Source: Carcharhinus amblyrhynchos (Eukaryota). Taken from it: a stretch of DNA of 64,000 nucleotides. The stretch lies in the NCBI GenBank assembly GCA_965287045.1, contig OZ336886.1, positions 37,138,001-37,202,000 of the forward strand. The letters run 5' to 3'. Below the pieces are notes generated by a model. The model was not told the DNA's origin. It saw only the letters and a list, made by a program, of their open reading frames with translations, and searched no databases. This document shows positions 38,482 through 50,645 of this stretch, in pieces (position 1 is the first letter of the stretch; each line of letters starts with the position of its first letter). Made by a program: the position numbers and the translations under genes.

Positions 38482-40430
38482 TCAAATAGGAGGCAGAGAG
38501 TGGGGGTCAATGGGTGCTATTCGGATTGGCGGATGGTGACTAGTGGAGTGTCCCAGGGGTCGGTGCTGGGGCCTCAGCTATTTACCATTTATATAGATGA
38601 TCTGGAGGACGGAACCGAGTGTGTGGTGTCGAAATTTGCTGATGACACCAAGATTGGTGGAAAGGCAAATTGTGCGGAGGGTGTGGAGAGTCTACAGAAG
38701 GATCTAGATAGGCTGGGCGAATGGGCCAGGAAATGGCAAGTGGAATTTAATGTTGGCAAGTGCGAGGTGGTCCACTTTGGTAGGAATAATGGTAGGAAGG
38801 ATTATTACTTGCGTGGAGAAAAACTGCAGCAGGCGACGGTGCAGAGGGACCTCGGGGTCCTTGTGCATGAGTCACAAAAACCCAGCTTGCAGGTGCAGCA
38901 GGTGGTCAGGAAGGCGAATGGGATGCTGGCCTTCATCGCGAGGGGGATTGAATATAAAAGTAGGGAGGTCTTGCTGCGGCTGTATAGGGCATTGGTGAGG
39001 CCGCAACTGGAGTACTGTGTGCAGTTTTGGGCGCCGTACTTACGCAAGGATATTTTGGCCTTGGAGGGAGTGCAGAGGAGGTTTACTAGGATGTTGCCGG
39101 AGTTGAGGGAGTTGAGCTATGAGGAGAGGCTGAATAAATTAGGCTTGTACTCGTTAGAGTTTAGAAGAATGAGGGGAGATCTCATTGAGACGTATAAGAT
39201 GATGAATAGGATGGATAGGATAGAGGTGGAGAGACTCTTCCCGCTCAGAAAGGATAGTAGGACTAGGGGGCACAGCCTCAAGATAAAGGGGGTGCGGTTT
39301 AGAACGGAGTTGAGGAGGAACTTCTTCACTCAAAGGGTGGTGAATCTCTGGAATTCTCTGCCCGTTGAAGTGGTGGAGGCTACCTCGCTAAATATTTTTA
39401 AGACGCGGGTTGATGGGTTTTTTGATAAGAGAGGGGATTAAGGGTTATGGGGAGAGGGCAGGAATGTGGAACTGAGCCACGACAGATCAGCCATGATCTT
39501 ATTGAATGGCGGGGCAGGCTCGAAGGGCTAGTTGGCCTACTCCTGCTCCTATTTCTTATGTTCTTATGACAATACCTGGTAATCATTCCTCTTGCGTTTC
39601 TTAGGTTTGTACATCTACAATTTCCATCCCAGTCCTGTTTTCTTGTCTTTATCCATAAACCACTTGAAGGTGCATCCCTACTCGAACTACTTATCAGCAA
39701 CTTATATTGATGCCTGTAACTTGTATTAAGGTGTTCTCAAAATTCAGCAATCATGGAGTCCTCCATTCTTTGCATCACTGTAGATGTGCCTGCTTGAGAC
39801 CTGATCGCAGCTGGAAACAGTTGGCTTCCCAAAATATTTTGCAGGTAGCAGCCATTTGATCTAAAAGAGAATCTGCTTCCTGAAATTGATCTCCCATCAG
39901 TACCAGAAGTCTATCTATATGTGAAATCTCTGCAGAATCCAGTAACTCAAATTCAAACACAGACTGTTCTATTTCTGAGTCAAACTTTAACAATTGCTTA
40001 GACAAGTAGTCCATACTATATTCTTCCATGGACTGTTTGCCTTCAAAAACTTAGCAAAAGTTGCCTGCGCTTCATAGTCTTCCAGTAGTTTGTCCAATTT
40101 GTTTAATCCTATCCACGAGCAGTAATTGAACACGTAATCCCACTTCAGTTTCCAAGTCACTCATTTCCAGCTCTGAAATTATTTTACTGCTAATCTTTTA
40201 TCTTGTTGTGACAAAGCCAAGGTCATATTTTTCCACGTCATTTTTCCATTGCTCATGTGGTTCAGACTCTGAAAAAAATGGTGGATAATAAAAGTTTGGG
40301 AATTTACATTTGATTTCAGCCACTTTGCACAGAGACTGCAGGGGACCATTAGTTTTATCTGAAAAACGATCCAAAAAAAAATCTCTTATTCGGCTTCCAA
40401 CCTCCACAGATTGATGTTAATCCTCTGCTA

Positions 40431-40647
40431 TGATGTAAAGCTGCTAAGCAGGCATCCGGTGAAGGAAGAAACTGTAGCCAGCCTGTTTTTAAAATAGGTT
40501 TATTCACAAAATCTTGTGTAACCCAAGTGCAAACTACATTCCCTTCTGCAGAATTCTTTCTCCCACACAGGTAGAAGCTGGTTGTTGCATATGTGCCCTA
40601 ATCTTTCCCCATTGAGTATCAATTTGCTCTTAATCACATCTAGAACA
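40431..40647 (-). repeat. 5' LTR of the copia relic, with adjacent tRNAiMet-type PBS (40420-40430)
   Basis: Minus strand TGTTCTAG...CTTTACATCA with AATAAA near 40500. It is followed by TAGCAGAGGAT, complementary to the initiator tRNA-Met 3' end (AUCCUCUGCUACCA). Confidence 0.7.
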
Positions 40648-40689
40648 TGCACTCAATTATCACCACATTTGCAACGTTAACACAAAAAA

Positions 40690-41480
40690 AAACCCTATCA
40701 GAGTGGGAGGGCGGGAAACTGCAGGAAATGGGTCAGTCATGGGTTGGAAACCCTGATAACTACAGAAGGGAGAAATCCTCAGACAAGGAATTGGAAAACA
40801 TATCAGAAGCGCATAATCAGAATGGATGCAACAGAGACAGAGAAACTGGGAATAGAATAACGCCCTGACTGAAAGCATGGTGTGAGGAAATGTAGTCTAG
40901 GTAATTGTGGAAGCTGGTGGACTTGCAATAGATATTAATTGACAGCCTATCCCCAGAAAAGGAGTCAGAAGTCGAGTAATGGAAAGCAAGTGTCGCTACT
41001 GGACTATGTGTAAGTGAGAGAAAGGTGGAAATTTGAAGAAAATTAATTACGTTTTCCCGTTCTGGATGTGAGCAGGAAAGGGCACCGATAGAATTATCAA
41101 TGTACCAGAAACAAAGTTGGGAGGGAACCTGGTGCAGACTGGAAGAAGGAATGCCCCACATACTCCACAAAAAGACAGTCATAACTCGAACCCCAGATGA
41201 GTATGCACAGCATCATCTTTTATTTGGAGGGAGTCAGTTAAAGGAGAAGTTGTTCAATCAGGCAGAGAAGGGTGGTGCTGGATAAAGACTGGTTGGGCCC
41301 CTTTTTAGGGAGAATGTACAGTCTGTCCTGATGAGAGATGGAGGTGTTGAGAATTTGGACACCTGAAGTGAAGAGGATGCAGTTAAGGAAAGAACCTGAA
41401 AATGTCATATCCGACTCAAGGTTAACACTGTTTTGCACTCTAAAGACTCAGTCAGATCTGGTGAGTACTTTCTGTCTTTA
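40690..41480 (-). mobile_element. Penelope-like RT relic with an inverted pLTR remnant at 41395-41480
   Basis: LCFWYIDNSIGALSCSHPERENVINF..SGDRLSINIYCKSTSFHNYLDYISSHH..ILFPV matches Penelope RT (RYIDD..YxKPTxSHxYLDYxSSHP). An opposite-strand pLTR-like piece abuts it. Confidence 0.8.
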
Positions 41481-41809
41481 ATAAAGCTGTTATGCTTAAT
41501 GCTTATTTGTATATTGTGCATCTGGCATACCAAACAATTTAAATAGATAGGGCAAAGAAATGTCATGAAAGTACTGATTGTCTGCTCTCATCATCAACAA
41601 TAATTATTACTCATTATTATCCTTTTGAACCTGACTGCTCACTACCAAACAGAGGTGTGGTAAGACCAAGATTTGAGAAAGGAATAGGAGGAAAATTGAA
41701 GTTAGTTGCCTCAATTTGAATTGATAATGTAGAGCCTGCTGTACTACAATACACACTGTTAAGTAACACCACTAGCTTTATACTTTTTGAAAATTAGATA
41801 AGAATTGGG

Positions 41810-42230
41810 ATTCCAGTGATGAAAGGGGTTTTCTTGTGAGGAAAGTTTATGCAAATTGATCTGTACTCATTGGAGTTTAAAAGAATGGTGAACTTATTGA
41901 TGTAACCCAGTCAGACCATCTGAAGTTATGAATTAAATCACAATTTTTGAATATTTCTCAGTGCTGGGCAATTTGCCCACTGGAAGGTTGTACTTCCCAG
42001 CAATTGCTGTGCAATCCTTACCTGGAAACATCTGAGTGTGGGTGGTCCACAGTGCATCTTTTGAGTCACTGGATCCTCTTCCATAGAGAGCAGTATTCAA
42101 AGCTGATTTTGACAGATTTTGATTAACAAGTCTGTTGAGGATTAAAGGGATCAGGTAGGAAAGTGGAGTTTCGACCACAGTAAGGTCAGTCATTAGAGGC
42201 AGGCAAACTGTATTGAATGGTGGCATCACC
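41810..42230 (+). mobile_element. Decayed CR1 3' fragments
   Basis: gaaaggggttttcttgtgaggaaag..tactcattggagtttaaaagaatg, and later aagggatcagg..tattgaatggtgg. Confidence 0.55.
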
Positions 42231-42859
42231 AGGGAGATAGGTGGTGGATACTGCCAGCATGACACCCACATAAGCCTAGGATCATCATTGGATCCTTGGC
42301 CATAGATGGATGATGGCAGGAGAGTGTCAGGAATGAGAGGAAGGTTGACAGGAGGGGCAAAGGCTTCTCTGAAGGTCCTCCACAAGCTTTCTGGCCATCG
42401 ACTTAATCAGGGTGGAGACGGGAATGTGGCAGGGTCCCTAACCATCTCTCACCCGCCTGATTAAATGCTGTGCCACCACCAAACCCACCATGGGAAGGGT
42501 ATTAAATTCCACCCAATGTTTCAAGTTCTGATTAAAGGCCACTGACCTGAAATCTATTGGGCATCCAGCACCTGCATTAATTTCTTTTTGCAGAAGTAAA
42601 GATGAACCTGAATTCCCATGGAGGGGACATCTAGCTGGGTAAAACTGCATTGGTAGAGGAGAGCTCTAGCACCCCGGTTGTTTTTTCACTTTTTGGAGAA
42701 TTTTAAAATGGTGTAAATTGGCCAAAGCGTCCCAGCACGGTTTTTGTTAGCATTTTAATTCTCTGGTGACTGTAAGAGCAGACAAAAGTTTGGAAGCAGG
42801 ACAAAGAGTGATAAATGATCAGAGCACAAATTGTGCTTCCTAATAGGGGTCCAGTTGCC

Positions 42860-43135
42860 AAAACATCAAATGGCATGGGGCAAGATAAAAAATTGCCTAA
42901 ACGCTTACAGAAATTTCTTTATTCAGAGGTAGATCGTCTCCAGGGTGTAGTGAATAGTCCTTTGTCGATAATATTTAAGGCTGAGATGGGCAGGTTTTTC
43001 ATCTCTTGAGGGATGGAAGGATATGGGGAGTGGATAAAGATAATTAAGTTGAGGTAACAGATCAGTCATGATTGTATTGCATGGTGAAGCAGGCCTGAGG
43101 GGTCATATAGTTTACTCCTGTTTCTTGTGATCTTG
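42860..43135 (+). mobile_element. CR1 3' end
   Basis: ttctttattcagagg..atttaaggctgagatgggcagg..cagatcagtcatgattgtattg..actcctgtttcttgtgatcttgtg. Confidence 0.7.
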
Positions 43136-43149
43136 TGTACAATGCAATT

Positions 43150-43650
43150 TACAAAGGTTGGAGAGCAAACATTCTGACCAAAAAGAGCTAGAGGAGGTAA
43201 AAAAAATCCTCAGTATGTGGCTTCAGGAAATATGCATCTATGCCATACATTGTACATGGGCACAACCGAAGTTTACTGATTGTACAGGAATAGATGCTGT
43301 TACCACACCACTTTCGTCCAACACCTCCCAGAAGAACAGAAGGCGTCTGTTGCAGTTAGAAGCCATATGGATTGGTCACCCAGTCATTCTGTTAATGGTC
43401 AGAAACATCTCATGATCAGCAGAAACCCATTCAAGAAACACCTGACCAATTTGAACAAGATAGTGTGGAAAGATAAGCAAGTTGTATTAATTGCTTGGCA
43501 TTAATGCAGGGCTGTGATATAAGACTAGTGCTGTTCATTGTCAATTTATATTAAAGCTTGTTGACGGAAATTACTTAGAAAAGAATCAAAGGGCAGCTAT
43601 TGTTGCCAAACTAATGGTGCTTTGCAATGGCAAACATGAGGGAAAATCCC
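43150..43650 (+). mobile_element. Harbinger (HARBI1-like) transposase relic
   Basis: Colinear remnants IYAIHCTWA (GAIDCTHV), YRNRCCYHTTFVQ (YxNRKGxHSxNVQ), LQLEAIWIG (VxARWPG), LLG..QGCDIR (LLGDxGY) and IVAKLMVLCN (IxACxVLHN). Confidence 0.55.
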
Positions 43651-43684
43651 CCTACACACTGGAGAAAATAAATTCTTCATCTGC

Positions 43685-44325
43685 ACACTCAGGTGGATAG
43701 AGCCGTGAAGAAGGCTCATAGTGTGTTTGCGTTTATTAACAAGGGGTTTGAGTTTGAGTCGTGGGGTTGTGCTGCAATGATACAGGACCTTGATGAGATC
43801 ACATTTGGAATATTGTGTGCCGTTCTGGTCACCTCACTATAAGAAGGATGTGGAAGCATTGGAGAGAGCACAGAGGAGATTTACCAGGATGCTGCCTGGT
43901 TTGGAGGATAGGTCTTTTGAGGAAAGGTTGAGGGAGCTGGGGCTTGTCTCTTTAGAATGGAGGAGGATGAGAGGTGACTTAATGGAAGTTTATAAGATGA
44001 TGAGAGGAATAGATAAAGTGGACATGCAGAGACTATTTCCTTGGGTGGATATAGTGTTACTAGGGGGCATAACTATAAGGTTCATGATGGGCGATATAGG
44101 AGGGGTGTCCGTGGTAGATTCTTTAGTCAGAGACTGGTTGAGGTATGGAATGCTTTGCCTGCTGTGATAGTGGAGTCAGACACTTTAGAAACTTTCAAGC
44201 AGTTATTGGATAGGCACGTGAAACACACTAGAATGATAGGGAGTGGGATAGCTTGACCTTGGGTACGGACATAGCTCGGCACAACATCAAGGACTGAAGG
44301 GCTTGTACTGTTCCATGTTCTATGC
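43685..44325 (+). mobile_element. CR1 LINE 3' fragment
   Basis: RSHLEYCVPFWSPHYKKDVEALERAQRRFTRMLPGL..RRMRGDLMEVYK..RGRFFSQRLVEVWNALP, plus the 3'UTR. Confidence 0.9.
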
Positions 44326-45026
44326 ACAGCAGCAAACCATGTTGAAAAGGCATAGATAACCAAGAACTGAGTTGGAAAATTTAATTTACCAGTGTGCATC
44401 CTAACTTGAACAAACTGGAAAACAAATCATTGCACTGTTCTCCCTTCTTTCTCAATTTGTTGCCACCTATGATTCTAGTTTCCTCTTCCTTCCAAAATTT
44501 AATTTAATCCAATGAGTGTCTCGGTACAGGCCTAAGGAAAATAAATTATACACACAGCATCTTAACAGCTGGGAAAGAAACTTTAAACAAATTAACTATT
44601 TGGGTTATGCAGGGCTGGATTATTCTCCATTATTTGCTGTAGAACCACGAGATTTTCGGGCCAGGCACCGCTGGAGTTTCCATTGCTTAATCAAAAAAGT
44701 CAGGTGCCAACTGTGCATATCAAGTGACCTTTGACTCCGAGTAATGAATTAGGATTGAAACCAGGTCAGAGGACAGATAAATTGCAAAAGCGACAAAGAA
44801 TGCACTTCAAAATGGCAAAATGTTAGTTCTATGTTTATTTAGAAAATTTCTGAACATTGGAGAAAATGGAGGTGGCACCATTGGGTTGAAACTGCTGTTT
44901 GAGATTTGTAATGCATGCACTAGCGTATGGAATTGTCCCTATTTATTATTGCAGTTAAGGCATTAAGTCAGTTAACAATCGAATGATGCTTTGTTGAAGT
45001 GTCAGTTGTTGTAAGGTTGTATGTTC

Positions 45027-45955
45027 TGTCACAATGAGAGAAAAATTGTGACCGAATGAGATTTAATTACAACTTCACCAGATAATTGCAGACGCTGTTT
45101 AAAGAAGATTTTTTACAAGTAACACAGCACAGATAAAAACACTGACCAAAGATGAATATCAATAGTCATCTGATATCTGGTCTGTTAAGTTGATCACTTC
45201 TATGGAAAGCCTATATGGATTCCACGGGGGTTGGGGAGGGGGGAGGGATCCAGCTCCACTTTAAACAGAATCTCTTGAAAGGAAAACATTAAAGACACAA
45301 AGTGTTGAAATTTTAATCAGACAAACAAAACCCCTGTGTGCAATGAAATAACCCCATCTCCTGTTGATTTATAACTCAAAAATGTGTCAAAAGGTTTCTG
45401 AAACAAATGATCAAAGAAACTGGGATTATTACAACAATGGACGCAAGAGAAGCTAATTGAATTCCCTTGCAGGAATATACAGAAATCAGTTTAAAACTGG
45501 CTGTACAAACAGAGGGACATGCAGTGAAAAAAGGTACGTGACAGTCATCTAAAATTCCTGCTGGAAAAGAGCTAGAAAGATCTCCAAATCTCAGTCTTTC
45601 TCTGGAAGGAAAATGTGTCGCTTCAACAGTGTGCAGACCAGAACATAGGCAACTCCAGAATTCTACCAAAACCCACTTAACTTCAACGGCTGCAACTTTC
45701 CACAATCTGCACCACACGCGCAAGCAAAGGACTTACTCACATACTCTTATAACTTTTATTTGGACTCTAATTTTCTTCTGATGTCCCTGCATGTGTGTGC
45801 TGTTGTGTGTTTTTATTAATTTTCTTGTTAGAAAGTAAACACATATAGACAGGTAAGAATATCTATTAAAAAATCAATTCTTAAAAGCCATTGACCAACT
45901 GAGGGGGCTGATTGAAAGGGGAACCCAGTTCGATCCTCCTCACCTGGTCATAACA
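45027..45955 (+). mobile_element. Probable solo LTR (Gypsy-type)
   Basis: Termini TGTCAC...CTCACCTGGTCATAACA (TG..CA) with flanks gttc / gttg. No coding motifs inside. Confidence 0.55.
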
Positions 45956-46489
45956 GTTGTCTCATGAAAAAGTCTAGCGGTCTGCGTGGTTAACAGTAAC
46001 ATAACTACATGTATATGCGTGTATATACTTATAAAGGATACAATCCTAAGTAGGTGCTATCTTCATGCTGACTTCTTCCAGATTCATCACTACACTCTGC
46101 TGTTCCCTTGTAACTCTCTATATCTTCATATGGATGGTACTGTTTACCTGTCCCATACTAACCTTCACATTCCTGAACACACTAAAAATACAGCAGCCAA
46201 AAAGATTTTCATATAAATGCCTCAGCATGTTCATCATTAATATCAGCCCTAAAAGAGACTGACCATAATGCTTTGAGTGTTTGGGATGTTTCAGGTTTGT
46301 AGATTCATTACAGAAGGCAAAAATGCTGATTAGAGGCTGATCAGGTTGGAGGAAGCTGAAAATGGACAAAATGCTGTGATTGACTATCCAAAGCAAACAT
46401 GAGGATTATCTACTGAAACCAAGTTTGCTACTGTTCAAGAGGAAAACTTTGGTTTGGATGAAGTGATATCGCAAGTGGACTACACAAAA

Positions 46490-47260
46490 ACTTGTTTTGC
46501 TGCATACTTGACTTTCCAATAACGGTTTGACAAATTCCAGCATGAAGGGCAGTTAAATAAATTTAAAATGGTCGAAATTGATAAGGAATTGGCTAAAGGC
46601 TAGGAAACAGTAAATGCAGGTTAGGTGAATGTGTTGGGTTGGGGACTATACTGCGTTGAGTGCATAAAGGGTGCCTATTATTTACAATTTACATTAGAGA
46701 TCTGAATCCAGGAATTAGTACAAATCATTCAATTTTGCAGTCAGTAACAAACTGGAAAGAAGGTGAGCTAAGCAGTCAGATTTCATGGGGCAGGTAAACA
46801 CTTGCACAAAATCTGTAAATGGCAAATTAAAATGGATAAGGTAGAATATTGCCCAGCGGAGGAAAAATGCTTTGAAAGATATACTCTGGATGAAAACTAA
46901 GTTGAAAGAGATTGAGAGTATTTGTGGCTATCATGCCCTGTTGCTGCAGAATATCAATGAATAAAGCTAATAAGAGTGCTGGTGTATATCGCCAAAGCAG
47001 TGGAAGATATGCCGGAGCATGGCATTTCATGGTCAGATCACATACTGAGTATTGTGTTCAGTTCTGAGATACAAGAGAGACATTGAAGTGTTCAAGGTGC
47101 TGCCAAGAAAACCCACAAAGCTGATCCTGAGCATCAGACAGCCCAATTACACAAAAATAATTAAATGTGTAATTGATATAAATTTCAGAGGTAAATATGG
47201 TCATCAACTGAAGAACATGTAAATCCTGAACATTATTTCAAATTGAATTGTAACAGTATT
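46490..47260 (+). mobile_element. Very old CR1 RT relic
   Basis: tacttgactttccaataacggtttgacaaattccagcatgaa (YLDFQ.AFDKxPH) and catactgagtattgtgttcagttctg (EYCVQF). Confidence 0.65.
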
Positions 47261-47658
47261 GCCCGTGAATGAAACAGAAACATTAAATGATAAAATAGTA
47301 ATAGTAAGAACAAATAGGCTAAGAAAGTTTAAATGAAAATTTTAGCTAAAGAAGTAAGAATTGCAGTTGAGAGTGAGAGAGCTTCAGCTAAATAAAGAGC
47401 AATATAGTCAGAAAGGGGATTCATGAATAAAGAAGCCATGACATTTCAAACACGGGGTGTTGAATGCTCATTGGTAGCTGTGATAGTCTTAATTAATTGC
47501 CTATTATTTACAGACTTTGAAAATGGTATCGTTGCCCTATAACCCTGCAATCTACTTGCATATTTTTTCTAAACTTATGTAAGTATGCACTGCTTTAAAA
47601 GTGCAACATTCAAAATTAATATTTTTGAAGATCTTTCTGTAGTGAAATAAAGGTTTAA

Positions 47659-47992
47659 TAGAAACCATAGAACCCTACAGTGCAGAAAGAGGCCATTCGT
47701 CCCATCGAGTCTGCACCGACTGCAATCCCACCCAGGCCCTATTCCCATATCCCTAAGCATTTACCCACTAATCCCTCTAATCTACATATACTGGGACATT
47801 AAGGGGCAATTTACACTGGCCAATCCATCTAACCCGCACATCTTTGGACAGTGGGAGGAAACCAGAGCACTCGGAGGAAACCCATGCAGACACAGGGAGA
47901 ATGTGCAAACTCCACACAGACAGCGACCCAAGCAACCCAGGTCCCTGGAGCTGTGAAGCAACTGTGCTAGCCACTATGCTACTGTGCCGCCC
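47659..47992 (-). mobile_element. HE1-type V-SINE
   Basis: Full-length head, V-domain and tail, as at 18572. Confidence 0.9.
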
Positions 47993-49254
47993 GGGTTGAA
48001 AAAAAGAAGATACTAATATTTTAGTTTTTCTTTATGGAGTGACCATTAGTTCTTCCCAAATCTGATCTCATAATTTTGATTTGATTTATTATTGTCACAT
48101 GTATTAATATACAATGAAAAGCATTGTTTGTTGTGCACTATACAAAGCATACTGTTCATAGAGAAAGAAAGCAGAGGGTGCAGAATGTAGTATTTCAGTC
48201 ATAGCTAGGGTGTAGAGAAAGATCAACTTAATATGAGGTCAGTCCATTCAAATGGATGGCAGCAGGGAAGACCTTTCTGTGCCCTAAGGGTAGAGTTCAT
48301 TTGTCCTGGATTATGTATTCATGTTACTAATATCAAAGTTTTCAAATATACACTGTGCTTGTTGTCACATGATATATTGTTATCATTTATCCTAGTCTAG
48401 AAGAGGAGTATTGTTTAACATGTTGATTATATCCTATTCTTCATTTCTAAACTTAAGATGGATCCCTTAGGGTTTTAACCTCTTCATTCACTCAGCATCA
48501 TTTTTCTGTTGGCAATGTTTTTCTTTGATTGTATTTATTTCCAGTTCTATTTTAATCTTTTGTACCTGTTTATAATCTTGGCTAGGATATTTTCCGTTCA
48601 ACATTTTTTGATCTGAAGATGTGTCAGTTATTTCAACTGATGCTTAACGGACCATTTGTCTTGATGCTGTTTTAATATGGCCTATGGGACTTCAACTGTA
48701 AATTGGAGCTCACTTGACACAATAAAATAAATCCATTTTACATACACCAGTCCCAGTTTTGCTTGTAAAAGAAAAGAATTAAAACATTCTTGCCAATATT
48801 GCATTTAAATTATTTAAATAATTTTAGAGCATTGTAACACATCCTGTATTATTCATTAGAAATTATTAGCACTGTTTTGGACATTTGCTGACTACCTTAA
48901 TTCTTTTGATGTTCAGCTTATTTTTGTGAAAAGTGGGAAGCTTAGCTTACCTGAACCCCAGGGAGAAGTGTAATGTATATCTGTGATAGTCTGTTTCTCT
49001 TAGATGTTCATGGTATCTTTTGTTGCTAGTTATTGAAGAATGGTTTCAGCATAAAAATCATGGAGTTTTGTTATGTAGTTCCCTCCCAAGTGTGACTAGG
49101 ATTATCCTTTTTGTATCAGATGATTACGGAAGACAGGTTTCACTTTATGTTCCATCCAAAAAACTCATGAGTTGACTGCAGGAAAATGATTATTTAAGAA
49201 TGTGTTTATTCCTAAAGGGGCACACAATATTTCATTTCTCAATGCATTGCCACA

Positions 49255-49390
49255 TTTCGGTTCAATGGTAGCTCTCTTGCTTTCAAATCAGTAGATTATG
49301 GGTTCAAGCCTCACTCCAGAAATTTCACTGCAACAGGGATGTCATCCTGTAGGTGAAGTATTAAAAGAGGCTTTTTTCAGGTGGACATAA
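49255..49390 (+). mobile_element. DeuSINE-like (SacSINE1-type) fragment; related pieces at 55150-55460 and 61530-61600
   Basis: tRNA-like head ttcaatggtagctctcttgc..gggttcaagcc, then Deu-like tgtcatcctgtaggtgaagtattaaaagaggc. Confidence 0.45.
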
Positions 49391-49394
49391 AAAG

Positions 49395-49588
49395 ATGAAT
49401 GAGGGAAGATTTGATAAAGGTATATAAAATTATGATGGGTATAGATAGAGTGAATGCAAGCAGGCTTTTTCCACTGAGGCTAGGGGAGAAAAAAAAACTA
49501 AAGGACATGGATTAAGGATGAAGGGGAAAAAGTTTAAAGGGAATATTAGGGAGGGCTTCCTCACACAGAGAGTGGTGGGAGTGTGGAA
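49395..49588 (+). mobile_element. CR1 RT C-terminal fragment
   Basis: RMREDLIKVYKIMMGIDRVNA..FLTQRVVGVW. Confidence 0.8.
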
Positions 49589-49724
49589 AATTTCCTAACT
49601 TGTAAAGAGAACCAGAGATGACCATGAGTTCACAGATTGTCATAATATGTGGCAGATTTCTGCTCCAAATGACATTACTTTGGCAATCTGTAAACTTTCA
49701 TGGTCACCTCTGGTTCATGCCCAC

Positions 49725-49986
49725 TGTGATAACCCCCATGTGTTTCATAGGGAATATCTAATTGATTTCCCTGCGGGGCTTGTTGAATATGAAGTTCCCT
49801 TGGGAACAGGCAATGGCTGCCCAGCTGGAACTCGTCACCTGAGCCCTTTATAAGGCAGCATTGGGAAGGGTCGACAGAACTATTGTCCCAGTTGGGACTT
49901 ATGTACATATGTCACAGAGTAGTGACTTTATTTGTGTTTAACAATAAATACTGTTCCTTTCCATTGGGGCTTCCTGAGTTATTACA
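49725..49986 (+). repeat. 5' LTR of the Gypsy element
   Basis: TGTGATAACCC...GGGCTTCCTGAGTTATTACA, homologous to 53978-54186. Contains AATAAA. Confidence 0.88.
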
Positions 49987-50645
49987 ATGATGATGAGGAA
50001 CAAGAAATGTTACGGGTAACTTTGCCTTTCAACTAATCTGGTATAGCAGTAATGGGGAAATTTGAAAATATCACTTCGGAGAATTGGAACCGTGTGATAC
50101 AGGAATAGAAGATTGATCCCAGTATGCTGAAAGAAACTAATACTTTTGGAAAAATGGGATACAAGGGGATGACTATCAAAAAGTCATCCTCCTAACCACT
50201 TATGGGGCCCAAACTTTCCACATAATAAAGAGTTTAACCTATGGAACAGCACTGGTTTCAAAATCCTTTACTGAACTGACTGCTTTGATGGTGAACCAGC
50301 ATGACACAAAACCGTCTGTTATGTTGTAGGACTACAGGTTTGACCTGGCAAATAGACTTCCTGGGGATCCGGTTACGGAATTCTTGACTGGACTGCAGAA
50401 ATTGGCAGAACACTGAATACGTGTCAGCGCTTATGAAAATATTAAGGGGCTGATTGGTATGTGGAATAAATATTATTATGACCCAAAGGAAGCTACTGAC
50501 TGAACTGACTTTAAAAAAACCACAGAACTGACCTTTCCTTGCAAAAATGCAAAGAAAGGGGACCCAGAGCTTCAAAGATCCATAGACAGTACCGTTCTCA
50601 GCCTTGGGTGACCCCACACCACAGAATCAAGTCGCCAGCAGACAA

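Larger units (their letters stand above)
38104..39568 (+). mobile_element. Young 5'-truncated CR1 (HER1-like) LINE with near-intact RT frame, inserted in the copia gag zinc knuckle
   Basis: QHGFVKGKSCLTNLLEFYE..FLDFQKAFDKVPH..WIEDWLSN|RRQRV..SGVSQGSVLGPQLF..KFADDTK..RVVNLWNSLP, then the 3'UTR and (ttcttatg)n tail. Confidence 0.96.
36560..40647 (-). mobile_element. Ty1/copia LTR retrotransposon relic (GalEa-like): 5' LTR, PBS, gag, PR and INT; RT/RH and 3' LTR missing
   Basis: Gag start YPPFFSESEPHEQWKNDV. CCHC knuckle RYC..DSKYH*AANCP. PR region CTSAVCAADWL / VVIPCKIVG..SDVVSSEASLLLSK. INT directly after PR: KLHGHFAH, LMDNSEG, SNGxCERNHAIID-like block, ALAWVAHAKNILQMV.GYSPY. PR-INT order indicates copia. 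Confidence 0.8.

Noticed and set aside
38479-39441. 320-aa RT ORF as a host or functional gene
   Set aside because: It is a 5'-truncated CR1 ORF2. Its apparent start is created by the Penelope insertion, and it has an extra T near the end.
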